DNA of 64,000 bases, taken from positions 3,712,001-3,776,000 of the forward strand of contig OZ244799.1 of NCBI GenBank assembly GCA_965219955.1, in the 5' to 3' direction. The stretch comes from a bacterium (GTDB lineage Bacteria; UBA8248). A program made the position numbers and the translations under genes. The first letter of the stretch is position 1, and each line of letters opens with the position of its first letter. The notes below the pieces were generated by a model that was not told the origin of the DNA, made no database searches, and saw nothing but the letters and a program-made list of their open reading frames with translations. Positions 1 to 10,597 of this stretch are shown one piece after another.

Positions 1-1
1 C

Positions 2-1447
2 TATGACTCTGATTTGCATCTTCTTTTTATACACTCAAGCGATAAGTCCTCTTTGCATGATGACCTAGCCAAAGCGGTGGGTGGGGCTAACGCATCCCTG
101 ATAAAGGGAGATTTGGTCTTTAGGACACTTGCCGGAATCAACCGCCTACAGTTCCAGAATATCGGTGTGACCCGGCATGCAAGGCGAAATCTTCGTTATG
201 CGTTGTATACCGGTGCCGACGTAAAGCTCGCCTTGGATGTGTCACAGACGGCCGGGTCAACAAAGTCGAACTTACAAGGCACAGGTTTTGAAGACGGTCA
301 CCCAGTGGCTGTTGGATGTTCCTACAAGGGACGGGTTTGGTCTAAGGAAAGCGGATCGCTCCAGGAACTTACGAGATGGTGTAAGCACGTAGGCACTAAG
401 TTGCAGAATGATGATATCGAAACTGACTGGATCATTGACAATGTCATGATTCCGGAGGAGGTGGAGATATTTCCGGAAGAGATGATTCTTAGTCTGGAAT
501 GGCCGATAGAGATTCTCCGACAGCAGGAGGATCGTATTTTGCTTCGTAACAACGGCCATGAGGTACCCTTGTCGCTTGTTGAATTAGTGTTTGAGCAAGT
601 GTCCGATGATCGAAGGCGGCTGGGTTTCCATATTCAGTATCAAGATCTCCAGATGTCCTATGAATTTCAGCTAACTTCTACTGCCGGATATTCATATCGT
701 CAGGTGGGTGGCAGAGCGTTGTCAATTACCATAGGACGACGGGACATGCTGCTCAGTGAATTTCTCAATGATTATCCGTTGCTTGTACGGTTTGTTGACT
801 TAAGCGAACTTGATGGGAATTTATTGGTACGTCCGCAAGAGACACCGGTATTGAGTTTTCCTGCGAATCGTTTTCAAGTTTGGCGATGGGAAGGGACGGA
901 TCCGAAAAAAGAGTCTTTATGGAAAAATCAGAATGAGCGCTTGGACTCTGTTCAGGCACGAGCTGTTCAAATGTTTTCACGTGATGCATTTGATGTCATC
1001 TTTGATGATGACGCGCCAGGTGAGGCAGCGGATCTCGTGTGCCTTAAGATGGATGATGACGTCATTCATCTTGCCCTAGTGCATTGTAAATATAGTTCGC
1101 AAATAGGAGGAGCACGGGTTAAGGACGTGGTGGAGGTTTGTGCCCAAGCAGTGCGGTCAGGGCGCTGGATTTGGAATTTCAAGGGCCTGTGTCGCCATAT
1201 CACCAAAAGAGAGCAGTTGCTTCGTACAGGTGAGCGATCAACTCGCTTCTTAAGCGGGAGCATACGTGAACTCAATCAAATTTTACGCGCTAGCCGTTTC
1301 AAGGAAGTTCGTGGCCAGATAATGGTGGTGCAGCCCGGCATATCACGCAAAGGGCATTCAGTTCAGCAGACAACTGTACTCGCCGCTGCCCATTGTTTCT
1401 TGAACGAAACTGTTGGTATCCCGCTGGACATCGCATGTAGCGAGTAG
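2..1447 (+). CDS. C-terminal part (5'-truncated by window edge) of a large protein, probably a DEAD/DEAH helicase-associated protein with a C-terminal PD-(D/E)xK-like nuclease domain
   Basis: Frame is open back to position 2. C-terminal motif FDDDAPGEAADLV...LVHCKYS...VVEVCAQA resembles nuclease-like tails recalled from large restriction/helicase proteins. Lies in the AT-richer island. Confidence 0.55.
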   Translation, partial: YDSDLHLLFIHSSDKSSLHDDLAKAVGGANASLIKGDLVFRTLAGINRLQFQNIGVTRHARRNLRYALYTGADVKLALDVSQTAGSTKSNLQGTGFEDGHPVAVGCSYKGRVWSKESGSLQELTRWCKHVGTKLQNDDIETDWIIDNVMIPEEVEIFPEEMILSLEWPIEILRQQEDRILLRNNGHEVPLSLVELVFEQVSDDRRRLGFHIQYQDLQMSYEFQLTSTAGYSYRQVGGRALSITIGRRDMLLSEFLNDYPLLVRFVDLSELDGNLLVRPQETPVLSFPANRFQVWRWEGTDPKKESLWKNQNERLDSVQARAVQMFSRDAFDVIFDDDAPGEAADLVCLKMDDDVIHLALVHCKYSSQIGGARVKDVVEVCAQAVRSGRWIWNFKGLCRHITKREQLLRTGERSTRFLSGSIRELNQILRASRFKEVRGQIMVVQPGISRKGHSVQQTTVLAAAHCFLNETVGIPLDIACSE

Positions 1448-1856
1448 TGGCGACGCCATACAAATTGAAAGGCGTGGCGATACGCTGAATAAAATCTCTG
1501 AGACGCGGTTGGCTGTATTCGTGGTAAGACGGAGGAGGATTTCTAGAGTTGGCAACTAAGAGGCAGGTTGTGCCAGAAGAGATGTTGATCGTGTGGTTTG
1601 AAGCGCCCATAGAGCATCCCGCTTGGAAGGTTCGTACGTTTATTGACTCTACATAATGACGACCCTCCTCCAACCGAGGCAAGTTCAATGTCTTCGCCAG
1701 ACTTGCCTCTGAATGGTAATGAAGTCGTGAAATTGCTGTTTGGTTTCTTTACATTGTGTTGTAACGAGAGGATAGTTGTCTTGCGCTTATGCGATCGACT
1801 ATACCATCTGGACTTATTCAACCTATCTGATCGAGAAACCATGTAAGGTGCTCCTG

Positions 1857-2636
1857 ATGGAGAGAATAGTGTCCTGGCTCAAGTCGAACTCCTTGTCGGT
1901 TGTTTCACGATTGTTCGCTGTCTATTTCATTTGGGCGTTCCACATTCATGTAGGACTTCCGCCGACAAGGCCCTTGACACACACTGCAGCAGCTTATCTG
2001 GCGTTGTTTATCTTTTTCTTTGTTCTACCATTTGCGCAACGATTAAAGCTCGGGAAGATCATCGAGTTTGAAGCGAAAGTCGAACAAGTCCGGGCTGACA
2101 TAAAGGAGGTACGCACCGAAACACGGGAGTTGATATCCACAATGAGCGTTGCGGTTAATGCGATTTCTGCATCTATGAACCAAAGTGTGGTAGTGAATGT
2201 TGCAGCGTTGGAAGAAGAACGAGTAGTGGCGCGCGAACAGTTGTCAAGTGCCCTTGCCGAATCCCCGGATCTAACCAGAGAAGAGAGGGAAAATCTAGAA
2301 TACTTGAGAGCAGATAAATCGGACATACACTATGCACTTGCCCGCTTGAGAATGGATTTGGAGCGGGAGCTGCGAAGGATACTTGGCAAGCGGCTAGAAG
2401 CTGACGACCCGTCTCGGATGCGAGGCAGGTTTTTGTCAGCGCGGTCACTGTTTCAGCGACTTGGATCTGCGATTCCGCGCTATAAAAACATGGGAGATTC
2501 TTTCAAATACCTACTGCAGGTCTGCAATGCAGCAATTCACGGCCAAAGAATTCCAGAGAACATCGCCCACGATGCGATTGATATAGGGTTTCGCATCCTA
2601 CGAGAGTTAGAGAAAGAGAAAGCATTAGAGCAATAA
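1857..2636 (+). CDS. Membrane-anchored hypothetical protein with coiled coil and C-terminal HEPN/DUF4145-like helical domain
   Basis: Two N-terminal hydrophobic segments, then LARLRMDLERELRRI and LQVCNAAIHG (Rx4-6H-like, with Cys in place of Arg). Start set at ATG 1857. Confidence 0.5.
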   Translation: MERIVSWLKSNSLSVVSRLFAVYFIWAFHIHVGLPPTRPLTHTAAAYLALFIFFFVLPFAQRLKLGKIIEFEAKVEQVRADIKEVRTETRELISTMSVAVNAISASMNQSVVVNVAALEEERVVAREQLSSALAESPDLTREERENLEYLRADKSDIHYALARLRMDLERELRRILGKRLEADDPSRMRGRFLSARSLFQRLGSAIPRYKNMGDSFKYLLQVCNAAIHGQRIPENIAHDAIDIGFRILRELEKEKALEQ

Positions 2637-3735
2637 AGGGTTCAAATATCAGGATGTGCGAAGGCGCTCTTATACAACTATTTAGGTGTTCTGAGAACAA
2701 TATTTGATTTCTTGTCGAAAAGCTTGACCACAAATGACGTACAAGAAACGGAAGATAATACGTTTTCATTATTCGCAAATGGCCAGTTCGATCGTATTGA
2801 GTGTTGGTTTTGGAGTGTTCCGAATTACCTGATCAATTTCGTTTTCCAGACGGGACGGGACCATAGGTAATTATGCCTAAGAATAATCGTTCAAATTTGG
2901 TTTGTTAAGGGTGCGCGATTCGATGTGCGAATCTAAAAGTGCGGACCGCTGAAAGTAGGTTTTGGGTTCGCTTGGGTCGATCCGCCCCCCTTAATGGAGG
3001 TCTTTCAAGAGAGCCAAATCCTCCGGTAACTCTCGCAAGCGGTGTAAGGTATAAAGATTGATGAGGCGACGCCTGTTGGCAAATAGTGTGCATTGCAATG
3101 GCTGAAGTGTAATCCGGCCTGTGTCGCTGAATCAAAGTTGAGGGCCACCGAAGCAGGATCACAAGAAAGCTGTTGCGAGTTGGACTTCGGGAGAGGATTA
3201 CACAATAGTAAGTGTTCATACAGGCCGTGATGGCAGCACATCAACAACAGGAGTTCGGTGTCCTGTTTAAATAAAACTGGTTCAGCGGAATGCTTTTGCC
3301 GTTATCCCGGTTGGCAGGAACTTTAAGCAATTGCAGGGCATGTACAGCATTTCAATATGGCTCTTCAACTTATGGAGGTCGGTGTCAAACTAGATCCGGT
3401 CAGTGCGGAAGCCTACCCTATCACGGCTTGAGTGAACGCTTACACACAATATTCCGTCAGGAACCTACTAGAATACGTAGAAGTTTGAATTCCACCGCTT
3501 CCGTTTTGATTACAGATTGACGAAACCGAGTCCCCAACAAAACTCCAAAAAAACAAATACTCACAACAGTTTCAACAAACTACAAAGATTACTCCCCCGC
3601 TGGAAATCCCCGGCTGTCGGAAAACACGCGAAAGCGATTGTCTAACGGCAAAACGGGACCGACTCTTGGCGTCTCTGATCCGAAAACGGCCTATCGCTCC
3701 CGTGGATCGAGTCGTCCCGGCGATTGGGAGTACTT

Positions 3736-4680
3736 TCAAGGACGGTGGATACTTATTGTCATGACACCACTATTGTTCCGATACCAAACGTCATTGACCA
3801 ACAGCACGAGTTCGCCGTCGTCAGGCGCCTTGAATTTATGAGGCTGCTCGGAACCTTTCACACCCAGAACCGGGAAAACATAATGCCCCCTGTCGATGCG
3901 ACCGACGATTTGGAACCACACGCCTTCCGGATACGGCCGAAGCCATTCCACCGACCTGGCGAAGAACCTGACGAACCCGTCAAATTCGATGCCCGTCGGT
4001 TTCGCAGAATATTCTCCGTCCTTCCATTTATGGTGGCTGACGTACTTTGCAGTGTATGTCTCGCCTTTCAGGAGCAACAGCCCGGTCTCGTTGCGCTTCC
4101 GATTGGCAAGAATCTGGACCTCAGCGGTTTCGCCGACACCGATCCGCCGAGGACTGCTAACATCGGCGCAACAGGCCGGTTTCTCCAGGATTCCGTTCTT
4201 CGTTCCCGGTTGGGCAAAGGCCCGACTTGACAAATTCGAAAGCAGGCATATCGAGATCAACAAAATGAGCAAGGCGGTTAAAACAAAAACCGAGATGTAT
4301 ATAACCGGGAAGAACCGGCTGAGCATTGCAATATTTTTGGCTGCTTTGGGCATGGGGCTCGGAAGAAAAGCTGCCCCTCGAGTGGCTCCCCATCCCTGAA
4401 ATGCCCACTCCTGCTCCTCGGCCTTCACAAGCCGGTTAAGCCAGTACATTGTCAAGATGATCGCAGCAAGAACAATTCCAGGCATGGGAAATCTCATTCC
4501 CACGGTGACGAGGTTCTCGAGAAGTCCCGGCATAAAGACGCGAGCGATTTCTACGGGCCACCGCCAAATCGGTTCAACCGCATCACCCAGGATGATGACC
4601 ACAACAATAAACCACAACACCACCAAGTTAATTGCGACGAATAGATAGTACAGTTTTTTTCGTATGTCCTCGAAGGCCAT
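3736..4680 (-). CDS. Membrane protein with C-terminal beta-sandwich (LecA/PA-IL-like) domain
   Basis: Three hydrophobic segments, then NETGLLLLKGETY...GELVLLVNDVWYRNNSGVMTISI. GAGGT RBS upstream; directly downstream of the DUF2235 gene. Confidence 0.5.
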   Translation of the reverse strand: MAFEDIRKKLYYLFVAINLVVLWFIVVVIILGDAVEPIWRWPVEIARVFMPGLLENLVTVGMRFPMPGIVLAAIILTMYWLNRLVKAEEQEWAFQGWGATRGAAFLPSPMPKAAKNIAMLSRFFPVIYISVFVLTALLILLISICLLSNLSSRAFAQPGTKNGILEKPACCADVSSPRRIGVGETAEVQILANRKRNETGLLLLKGETYTAKYVSHHKWKDGEYSAKPTGIEFDGFVRFFARSVEWLRPYPEGVWFQIVGRIDRGHYVFPVLGVKGSEQPHKFKAPDDGELVLLVNDVWYRNNSGVMTISIHRP

Positions 4681-4715
4681 GGAAACCTCAAGCGTTAACG
4701 TTTTCCCGGTACGTC

Positions 4716-5861
4716 TTATTCCGTTGGGACATCGCCCTTAACTATAGTGAATTGCTCATTCAGGATAACTTTTGGTGCATAATAGTCAGTGCCGCGTTCA
4801 ATACGCTCGAATACACTTGCGTGAATAGCTGGGCGTTCAACCCCGTGCTCATAAATATTTCGAGGCGCGTATCGATAGAACATGCCCAATCCGGTGCGCG
4901 AATCGTATATTCGACCGTGCGGGTCGGCGGCTTCGCGATATTCTCGCCACTTGCTCTCGAGAAACCGCAGTCCACACGAATCCGCCCTGTCCATCATCCA
5001 GAGTAGAGGAACGAGCGATAACGAGTCCTTCGGGTATCCACCGCCAACGTTCGCATGCACCCCGGCAAACCAGACTTGCCCGATAGTTTGTTTCTTCTGG
5101 TTGTCCATTCGGGTGGATTGATCACAATTTTTCGATTGCTTCCACACGTTGGGATGATACGTCTTCCGCTCGTCATCCAAGGCGAGCGCCTGATAAGCGT
5201 TGTGGATGCCGGGATGCGGAAAGAGATCGTGAAACCCCCACATTCGCCGTTTAAGAACCAGTCGCCAAAGACTGTCCACTATCTTCATCTCGTCGAACGG
5301 CATTCCAACAGCATCGACCGTATCCCAAACGCCTACGAAGTGAATTGGTATCGATCGAAGGTTCAGGTCATCGATACAAAGATATTTGCGTATTTGAGCA
5401 GATTTGGAATTCTCTTTGTCATCGTCTTCCGGAATTTTTTTCTCGCTTCGATAAGCGTCCAGGATTCGCTTCACGGTTCGTTTGCGCTTCCGGTGTCCCG
5501 GCTTGAGAAGAGCGTCGCGCTCGAGCAGTCCACATCGGCAGATCATGCCGGCGAGCGAACGCACGGTGAAAGCTCCCCGGCTGAATCCGAATAAAAAGAC
5601 CTTGTCGCCTTCCTCGTAGTTCATCGCGAGAAACTCGTAGGCTTCGCGAATCTTGCGGCTCAACCCCCATCCAAAGGCTCCGCTGAACAGCCGCAGCAAG
5701 CGCAGATTGTCGGTTCCGACACCGTCGTCGTAATACGTGATCTGTTTGTAATCCCCAAAGTGCCGATCGACGGAGTTGAAGATGCGCCAGACGTTCGTGC
5801 CGCGTGTTTTTCCGCCGCGGTTGCCTGTCCCATCCATGCAGATTACGATGTTCTTCGACAT
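4716..5861 (-). CDS. DUF2235 / Tle1-like alpha/beta-hydrolase (phospholipase)
   Basis: KNIVICMDGTGN, TNV, YDDGVGT, FGFSRGAFTVRSLAG (GxSxG), GVWDTV, QVWFAGVHANVGGGY. Confidence 0.9.
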   Translation of the reverse strand: MSKNIVICMDGTGNRGGKTRGTNVWRIFNSVDRHFGDYKQITYYDDGVGTDNLRLLRLFSGAFGWGLSRKIREAYEFLAMNYEEGDKVFLFGFSRGAFTVRSLAGMICRCGLLERDALLKPGHRKRKRTVKRILDAYRSEKKIPEDDDKENSKSAQIRKYLCIDDLNLRSIPIHFVGVWDTVDAVGMPFDEMKIVDSLWRLVLKRRMWGFHDLFPHPGIHNAYQALALDDERKTYHPNVWKQSKNCDQSTRMDNQKKQTIGQVWFAGVHANVGGGYPKDSLSLVPLLWMMDRADSCGLRFLESKWREYREAADPHGRIYDSRTGLGMFYRYAPRNIYEHGVERPAIHASVFERIERGTDYYAPKVILNEQFTIVKGDVPTE

Positions 5862-6102
5862 CGGATTCCGTTCCTATGGATTTTTACAAACGATGCAAAA
5901 CGATCGAGTCACCCGCCAGAAGAGTCGAGTTACTCCCACACCTTTGCATTCATGATGGCTCGATACTGCCGAAATGCTCGCCAAGGATACTTCTCGTCCT
6001 TGACGTCTTTGACATGGAGTTTGAGTATTGAACCTGGATATACGATATCATGCAAAGGCATACAAATAGCACAAGCAGGTGCAAATAAAGGGAATTATAA
6101 GC

Positions 6103-6459
6103 TTAGCTATGCAAAGATGAATTCGAATTGTCGGATGAGAAAACACCCTTTGCAGACCATACAAATATACCAATAACAATATCCTTGAAAATTTCACTAA
6201 TAGCTTTCACTATGTCGAACCACTTCATTTGAAATGAATAAACCAAATTCATAATATCTACTATCACAACCATGAGTATAACTAAGCCTAGCGTCCATAA
6301 GAAAACATGGACACGCCAAGGCATTTTCGTTATGAATTTTAGACGACCACTCAGTTTTGCCTTCCTTCCTTTCAATGTGCCTCTAATTTCAAGATTCTCT
6401 TTAGGTTCATTTTCCAAATTATCTAAATGTTCCTTAATCTTATTTATATCGTTTTCCAT
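6103..6459 (-). CDS. Small AT-rich hypothetical membrane protein
   Basis: 118-aa ORF with charged N-terminus and a hydrophobic segment in very AT-rich DNA. Confidence 0.45.
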   Translation of the reverse strand: MENDINKIKEHLDNLENEPKENLEIRGTLKGRKAKLSGRLKFITKMPWRVHVFLWTLGLVILMVVIVDIMNLVYSFQMKWFDIVKAISEIFKDIVIGIFVWSAKGVFSSDNSNSSLHS

Positions 6460-6519
6460 GTCTCATTTCCTTCATGAGTGAACTAATCATTTCTCATTCA
6501 AAATTAACAAGAGCAATCC

Positions 6520-7578
6520 GAGTTACTTTCAGCTCTGGTGTATGGGCTGAATTGAAGAAGGCGGTGCATTCCTGCTGAAATAGGGTTGCCAGAAGCCCGG
6601 TCATTCAGCACATAGGAGATGCGCCACCAAGCAAGAAGATACGACCATTCCCTTTTCGAATCCAGCCTATCGGGACGAGTTGAGCGAACTGGCGCGCGAG
6701 GGCGCGCAACGAATCATCCGCCCGGCCGCGGAAGCAGAGTTGGGGGGCCTTTCTGGAAAAACACGCGGCCGCGCGTGACGCTTGGGGACGTCGCGCAGTC
6801 GTTCGTAACGGCTATTTGCCGTCGCGGGAGATTTCGACGGGAATCGGCCCGGTGCGGGTTCGTGTTCCGCGGACGCGGGACAGGAGCGGGGCGGGACGGT
6901 GTTTCTCTTCGGATTTGTTACTGCCGTATTTGAAGAAGGCGAGGCCGGTGGAGGCAGTATTGTTGAATCTGCAGGACCGGGGGGTGAAGGCGGCGTAGCT
7001 CGCGGTGGGCGATGGGGGGCTGGGATTCTGGTCAGCCTTGGCCGAGGTGTATCCCCAGACGCGTGCGCAGCGCTGCTGGGTGCACAAGACGGCGAACGTG
7101 CTCGACAAGCTGCACAAACGCATTCAGGGCGAAGCGAAGTCGATGCTGCACGAGATATGGCGGGCCGACACCCGGATGAATGCGCACAAGGTGCTGACAC
7201 GCTTAATATCCACTTGGAAGGTGAAGTACCCCAGGGCCGCCGAATGCCTGGCGAGGGGCCGGGAGTAGTTGTTCGCCTTCTACGACTTCCCGCAGGCGCA
7301 CTGTCAGAGGCTACGGGCGACGAACCCCATCGAGTCGACCTTCGCCACCATCCGCTTGTGAATGGCGAAGACCAGGAACTGTTTGAGTGAGAGGACGGCG
7401 CTGAGCCTCGTGCATCAGTTCGCCATGAGCGCCGAGAAGCGATGGCGCCGACTAGGCAGTTTCCATCATCTGGCCGAGGTGACCGCTGACGTGAGGTTCA
7501 TCAATGGTGTGGACGAAAAAAATTGGCAGGAAGGCTGCTGGATTCAGGACGGCCATACACCAAATTTGACAGTAACTC
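6520..7578 (+). mobile_element. Decayed IS256-family insertion sequence (transposase pseudogene, internally deleted)
   Basis: Imperfect 26-bp terminal inverted repeats GAGTTACTTTCAGCTCTGGTGTATGG (6520-6545) and CCATACACCAAATTTGACAGTAACTC (7553-7578). Transposase fragments GDGGLGFWSALAEVYP, QRCWVHKTANVLDKL, TNPIESTFATIR and SAEKRWRRL are broken by stops and frameshifts. Confidence 0.85.
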
Positions 7579-7603
7579 CAATCTAGTAGCTCAAGTAGTT
7601 TTT

Positions 7604-8788
7604 TTATTGCGTTTTTTCGATATACGAGCGTAGAAACTTTTCGGTAACTTTGTCCGGACCTTTAATTCTTATAAGCCTGTAACCGTTGTCGCCGCACCAT
7701 TTCTCAGCCTCCGGGATATTAAGTGTATCAGGGGGCTGATAAACGAACGCCATTTTTCGGCTACGCAGAAGATAATCTAAACTATCTCCATCAGGCCAGT
7801 TTGGCGCCAAGCGAAAAAGAATTTCTTCGGAAGGAAAAATGGAGTGCAACACTTCGCCGAGTCTTTTAACCAAACGATGTGCTTCTGTTTCAGGATATTT
7901 GTCGGACCACCTTTTGTAATTGTCATGACGTTCTTTTTTCTCGTCATATTCAATGGATGTCTGTGAACGGGGAATAAGCTCGACGGTCTTCGGCTTGCCT
8001 GAGTCGGGCCAATAGTCTATTACTTTTCCCACCAAAGGTGCCGATACTACTCTATCCGATAACCATTTTGCCACTCGGTCATCCATCTTAGGCATATCGT
8101 CTAAAAGAAGCTTTATAACTCCGGCTAATTCGTCAGTATGAACATCTAGAAGACCGTGATGCCCCTTATGATATTTGAGGATATCTTTATCCTGCAGTTC
8201 AAACGAAAACCACTCAAGACCAAGTTCCTTGATACAGTCTTGACTCTTGATGTCAATGTGCTGTTTGCTCCAGAAGGCCATAGCTGATTGCCTACGAGGA
8301 CGGACGGCTTTAGGATGATTCCTCAGATCGATCACTTTCGAATTTTGAGATGCAACGTCTAGGGGGAATACGCACACCCTCCCTTTGTCACCAACCTTCC
8401 CGCCGCTAGCAAAATACACGGCAACATCCAGGTCGGTGGTAACATCAAGAAGCTTGGTAGGTATTCCGTAGTGCTGAAGAAATCCAACGGAAAGCATAGG
8501 CTCAATTTCCAGCATTTTCTGCAACTTGATGTCGACACAACATGCTACCGTCTCAATTTTATTTTTCACATCATCCGGAAGCGCTTCATCTGTTTTCATT
8601 CTATGCATGCTTGAAGTCGTTGTAGGATATGGGCAGCTTTCGCCTCGGTACAGGTATGCTGGCATTTCGACTTTGATACTCTCGCCTGAGTTGATATCCT
8701 TGGCTTTTGGGGGACTAACAGTCTTGTTTGGGTCGTAGTTTGACCTGATGTGTTCAACACACGCATGAAGAGAAGAAAAATGTTTCAT
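7604..8788 (-). CDS. FRG-domain protein with C-terminal degenerate restriction-endonuclease-like domain
   Basis: YLYRGES and LQHYGIPTKLLDVTTDLDVAVYFA are FRG motifs. Start set at MKHFSS (GAGG upstream). Confidence 0.8.
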   Translation of the reverse strand: MKHFSSLHACVEHIRSNYDPNKTVSPPKAKDINSGESIKVEMPAYLYRGESCPYPTTTSSMHRMKTDEALPDDVKNKIETVACCVDIKLQKMLEIEPMLSVGFLQHYGIPTKLLDVTTDLDVAVYFASGGKVGDKGRVCVFPLDVASQNSKVIDLRNHPKAVRPRRQSAMAFWSKQHIDIKSQDCIKELGLEWFSFELQDKDILKYHKGHHGLLDVHTDELAGVIKLLLDDMPKMDDRVAKWLSDRVVSAPLVGKVIDYWPDSGKPKTVELIPRSQTSIEYDEKKERHDNYKRWSDKYPETEAHRLVKRLGEVLHSIFPSEEILFRLAPNWPDGDSLDYLLRSRKMAFVYQPPDTLNIPEAEKWCGDNGYRLIRIKGPDKVTEKFLRSYIEKTQ

Positions 8789-9321
8789 TTGACATTCCTC
8801 TGATTTAGGGTTCACATGCACAATAGTCAAAGCTACGACAGTTTCTTTACCGAATCCAGCTTTTCGGGACGAACTCAGCACACCTGATAGTTTCGACAGC
8901 GTACGACGGTACTTTCAGGCAATACGGCTCCAGCGGATATTCTTCGTATACTCTTCGAAGCAGGGGAATGATGTCACAATCCCCCGGTCAGGGCCCATCC
9001 CTCCAATGGCTTCTGTAAACGCTAGGTCTGCGGCGGTCACAAACTTGCTTCACCCACCGCTGAAGCATAGGGATATTAGGACTGTTAAAAAACCTTGGTC
9101 AACTTCTTGCGGAACACGACTGACCCGCCCGGGCACGCGACGTGGAGTTGGAAACCATGTTTCGCCAAGTCGATGCCGATCATGTAAACCTGTTCCATCT
9201 CGCTCTTCCCGCAGGGCGGCAAACTATGTCACCTTGCCCCAGTGTGATGTTGTCGGAAGGGTGCGCACACCCCATCGATTACATCAAGTAAGCGTTCGGC
9301 GGCAGAGTGATGGCACATGCT

Positions 9322-9600
9322 TCAGCGGTTGAGGACTTGCTTCCAGTTTCTGCATAATAGTCTTAGCCAGACGGCCTTTTTGAGCTTGTCGTAACGTTTG
9401 TGCCTGTCGTAGTGTCCATGTCCCCGTGTGATTCCGACGCGGAGCCAGCCCGATGCCCTGTATACGGTGCCGGCGTAGCGGGGGTCTCGATGAGCACGGG
9501 AGTAATGCCATAGCGTTCGGTCCAGTCCTTGGGCAGGCGTCTATAGTGATAGCGGGCGACGAGCTTGCTCCACAGCCAGCCCTCGTGGGCACCGGAATGA
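9322..9600 (-). pseudogene. DUF4338-like (IS-associated/DruA-like) gene remnant
   Basis: Minus-strand frames read VARYHYRRLPKDWTERYGITPVLIET / RYAGTVYRASGWLRVGITRG...YDRHKRYDKLKKAVWLRLLCRNWKQVLNR*, with an internal deletion and frameshift. Confidence 0.65.
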
Positions 9601-10025
9601 GGGGCGCTTCGATGTCGGGTCCGTAGACGGCTGCTCTGGCGGCGTCCTCTTTCCCCCAGGCCGCCCCGTCAATAAAGGCAATTTGCTTTTTCTCGAATCC
9701 CTCCAAATTTTTGTACCTTGAATAAATCCCGGCGGCGTTGTTTTTGAACCGCTTCATGCTGGCGATTTCCATGACGACGCAGCAGGCGGCGGCCGGGAAG
9801 AGCCGGACGTCCGGCTTTTTCCTGAGGTGGTGGAAACAGGCCGGGGCCATGAAGCCCGCGGCAAGGAGCATCACGCTGGCGCGCCGGTCCTCGCCCCTGG
9901 CCTTCTCCCTGAGGCTTTCCGGTCTGGCCGCCACCCGGTCTTGCGCCCCAACGCCCGGGGCGGGGAAACCAGGCGCCCGGCGAGCAGGGCCAGGCACAGA
10001 CAGGCGGCGAGTCCCCTTTTCAGGA
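9600..10025 (-). pseudogene. Decayed 'gene B' (signal-peptide protein) downstream of paralog A1
   Basis: QDRVAARPESLREKARGEDRRASVMLLAAGFMAPACFHHLRKKP is homologous to the reading at 14681-14915 (+). The signal-like N-terminus is frameshifted. Confidence 0.55.
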
Positions 10026-10048
10026 GCGTGTCCCTACCACCGGGACTT

Positions 10049-10597
10049 TTACTTGACGGTTCTGAAACACTTGGTAACTCGGTAGGGTTTGCCCGCGGTG
10101 GCGGAGTTCACCACGTCCAGCCCGTCCATTTTAATTTTGTCGTAACTGGCGATGTAGAGCCACTTGCCGCCTTCAAACACGATGTAATCCGAAAAATAGG
10201 ATTGGGTTGGGTATTCGGTGGCAATGCGGAGAATTTTGTAGCCGTGCCCCCGGCTGCGATGGTTGCAGGAGGCGGCGTAACGGAGGCCGCCGCTGCCCGT
10301 ATGCACCCGCTCATCTATTGTCATTCTAGCCCCCTCTCCGAGGTTGGCCCAGCCCCTAACGCTTTTCAAGGTCATCCCCCCGTTTCCGTTGGGTTTCAGG
10401 GTGATGGTTCTAATGTGGCGTTTGGTGGCTCCCGGAGTGAGGCAGGCCCAGCGTCCGTTGAGTTGCGGGTTGCACTCGGAGGCCACGTCGGCGATTTTCA
10501 CGGCCGGCCGGCCCGGCGGCTCGACGGCGGACGCGGCGCCGGCGATTGCCGCCACGGCGGCGAACGCGCAGAGTGTGGTGATCAGGTGTTTTTTCAT
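10049..10597 (-). CDS. Secreted Cys-rich protein, YAASCNHR family, paralog A1
   Basis: Signal peptide MKKHLITTLCAFAAVAAIAGAASA; ECNPQLNGRWAC, YAASCNHR, MDGLDVVNS. Confidence 0.75.
   Translation of the reverse strand: MKKHLITTLCAFAAVAAIAGAASAVEPPGRPAVKIADVASECNPQLNGRWACLTPGATKRHIRTITLKPNGNGGMTLKSVRGWANLGEGARMTIDERVHTGSGGLRYAASCNHRSRGHGYKILRIATEYPTQSYFSDYIVFEGGKWLYIASYDKIKMDGLDVVNSATAGKPYRVTKCFRTVK

Noticed and set aside
2640-3720. Integrase remnant, tRNA or att site in the non-coding gap
   Set aside because: No recognisable recombinase motifs or cloverleaf could be read; the short ORFs lack motifs.
6505-7590. Target-site duplication around the IS256 remnant
   Set aside because: Only a partial, offset CAATC match flanks the ends; no clean 8-9 bp duplication.
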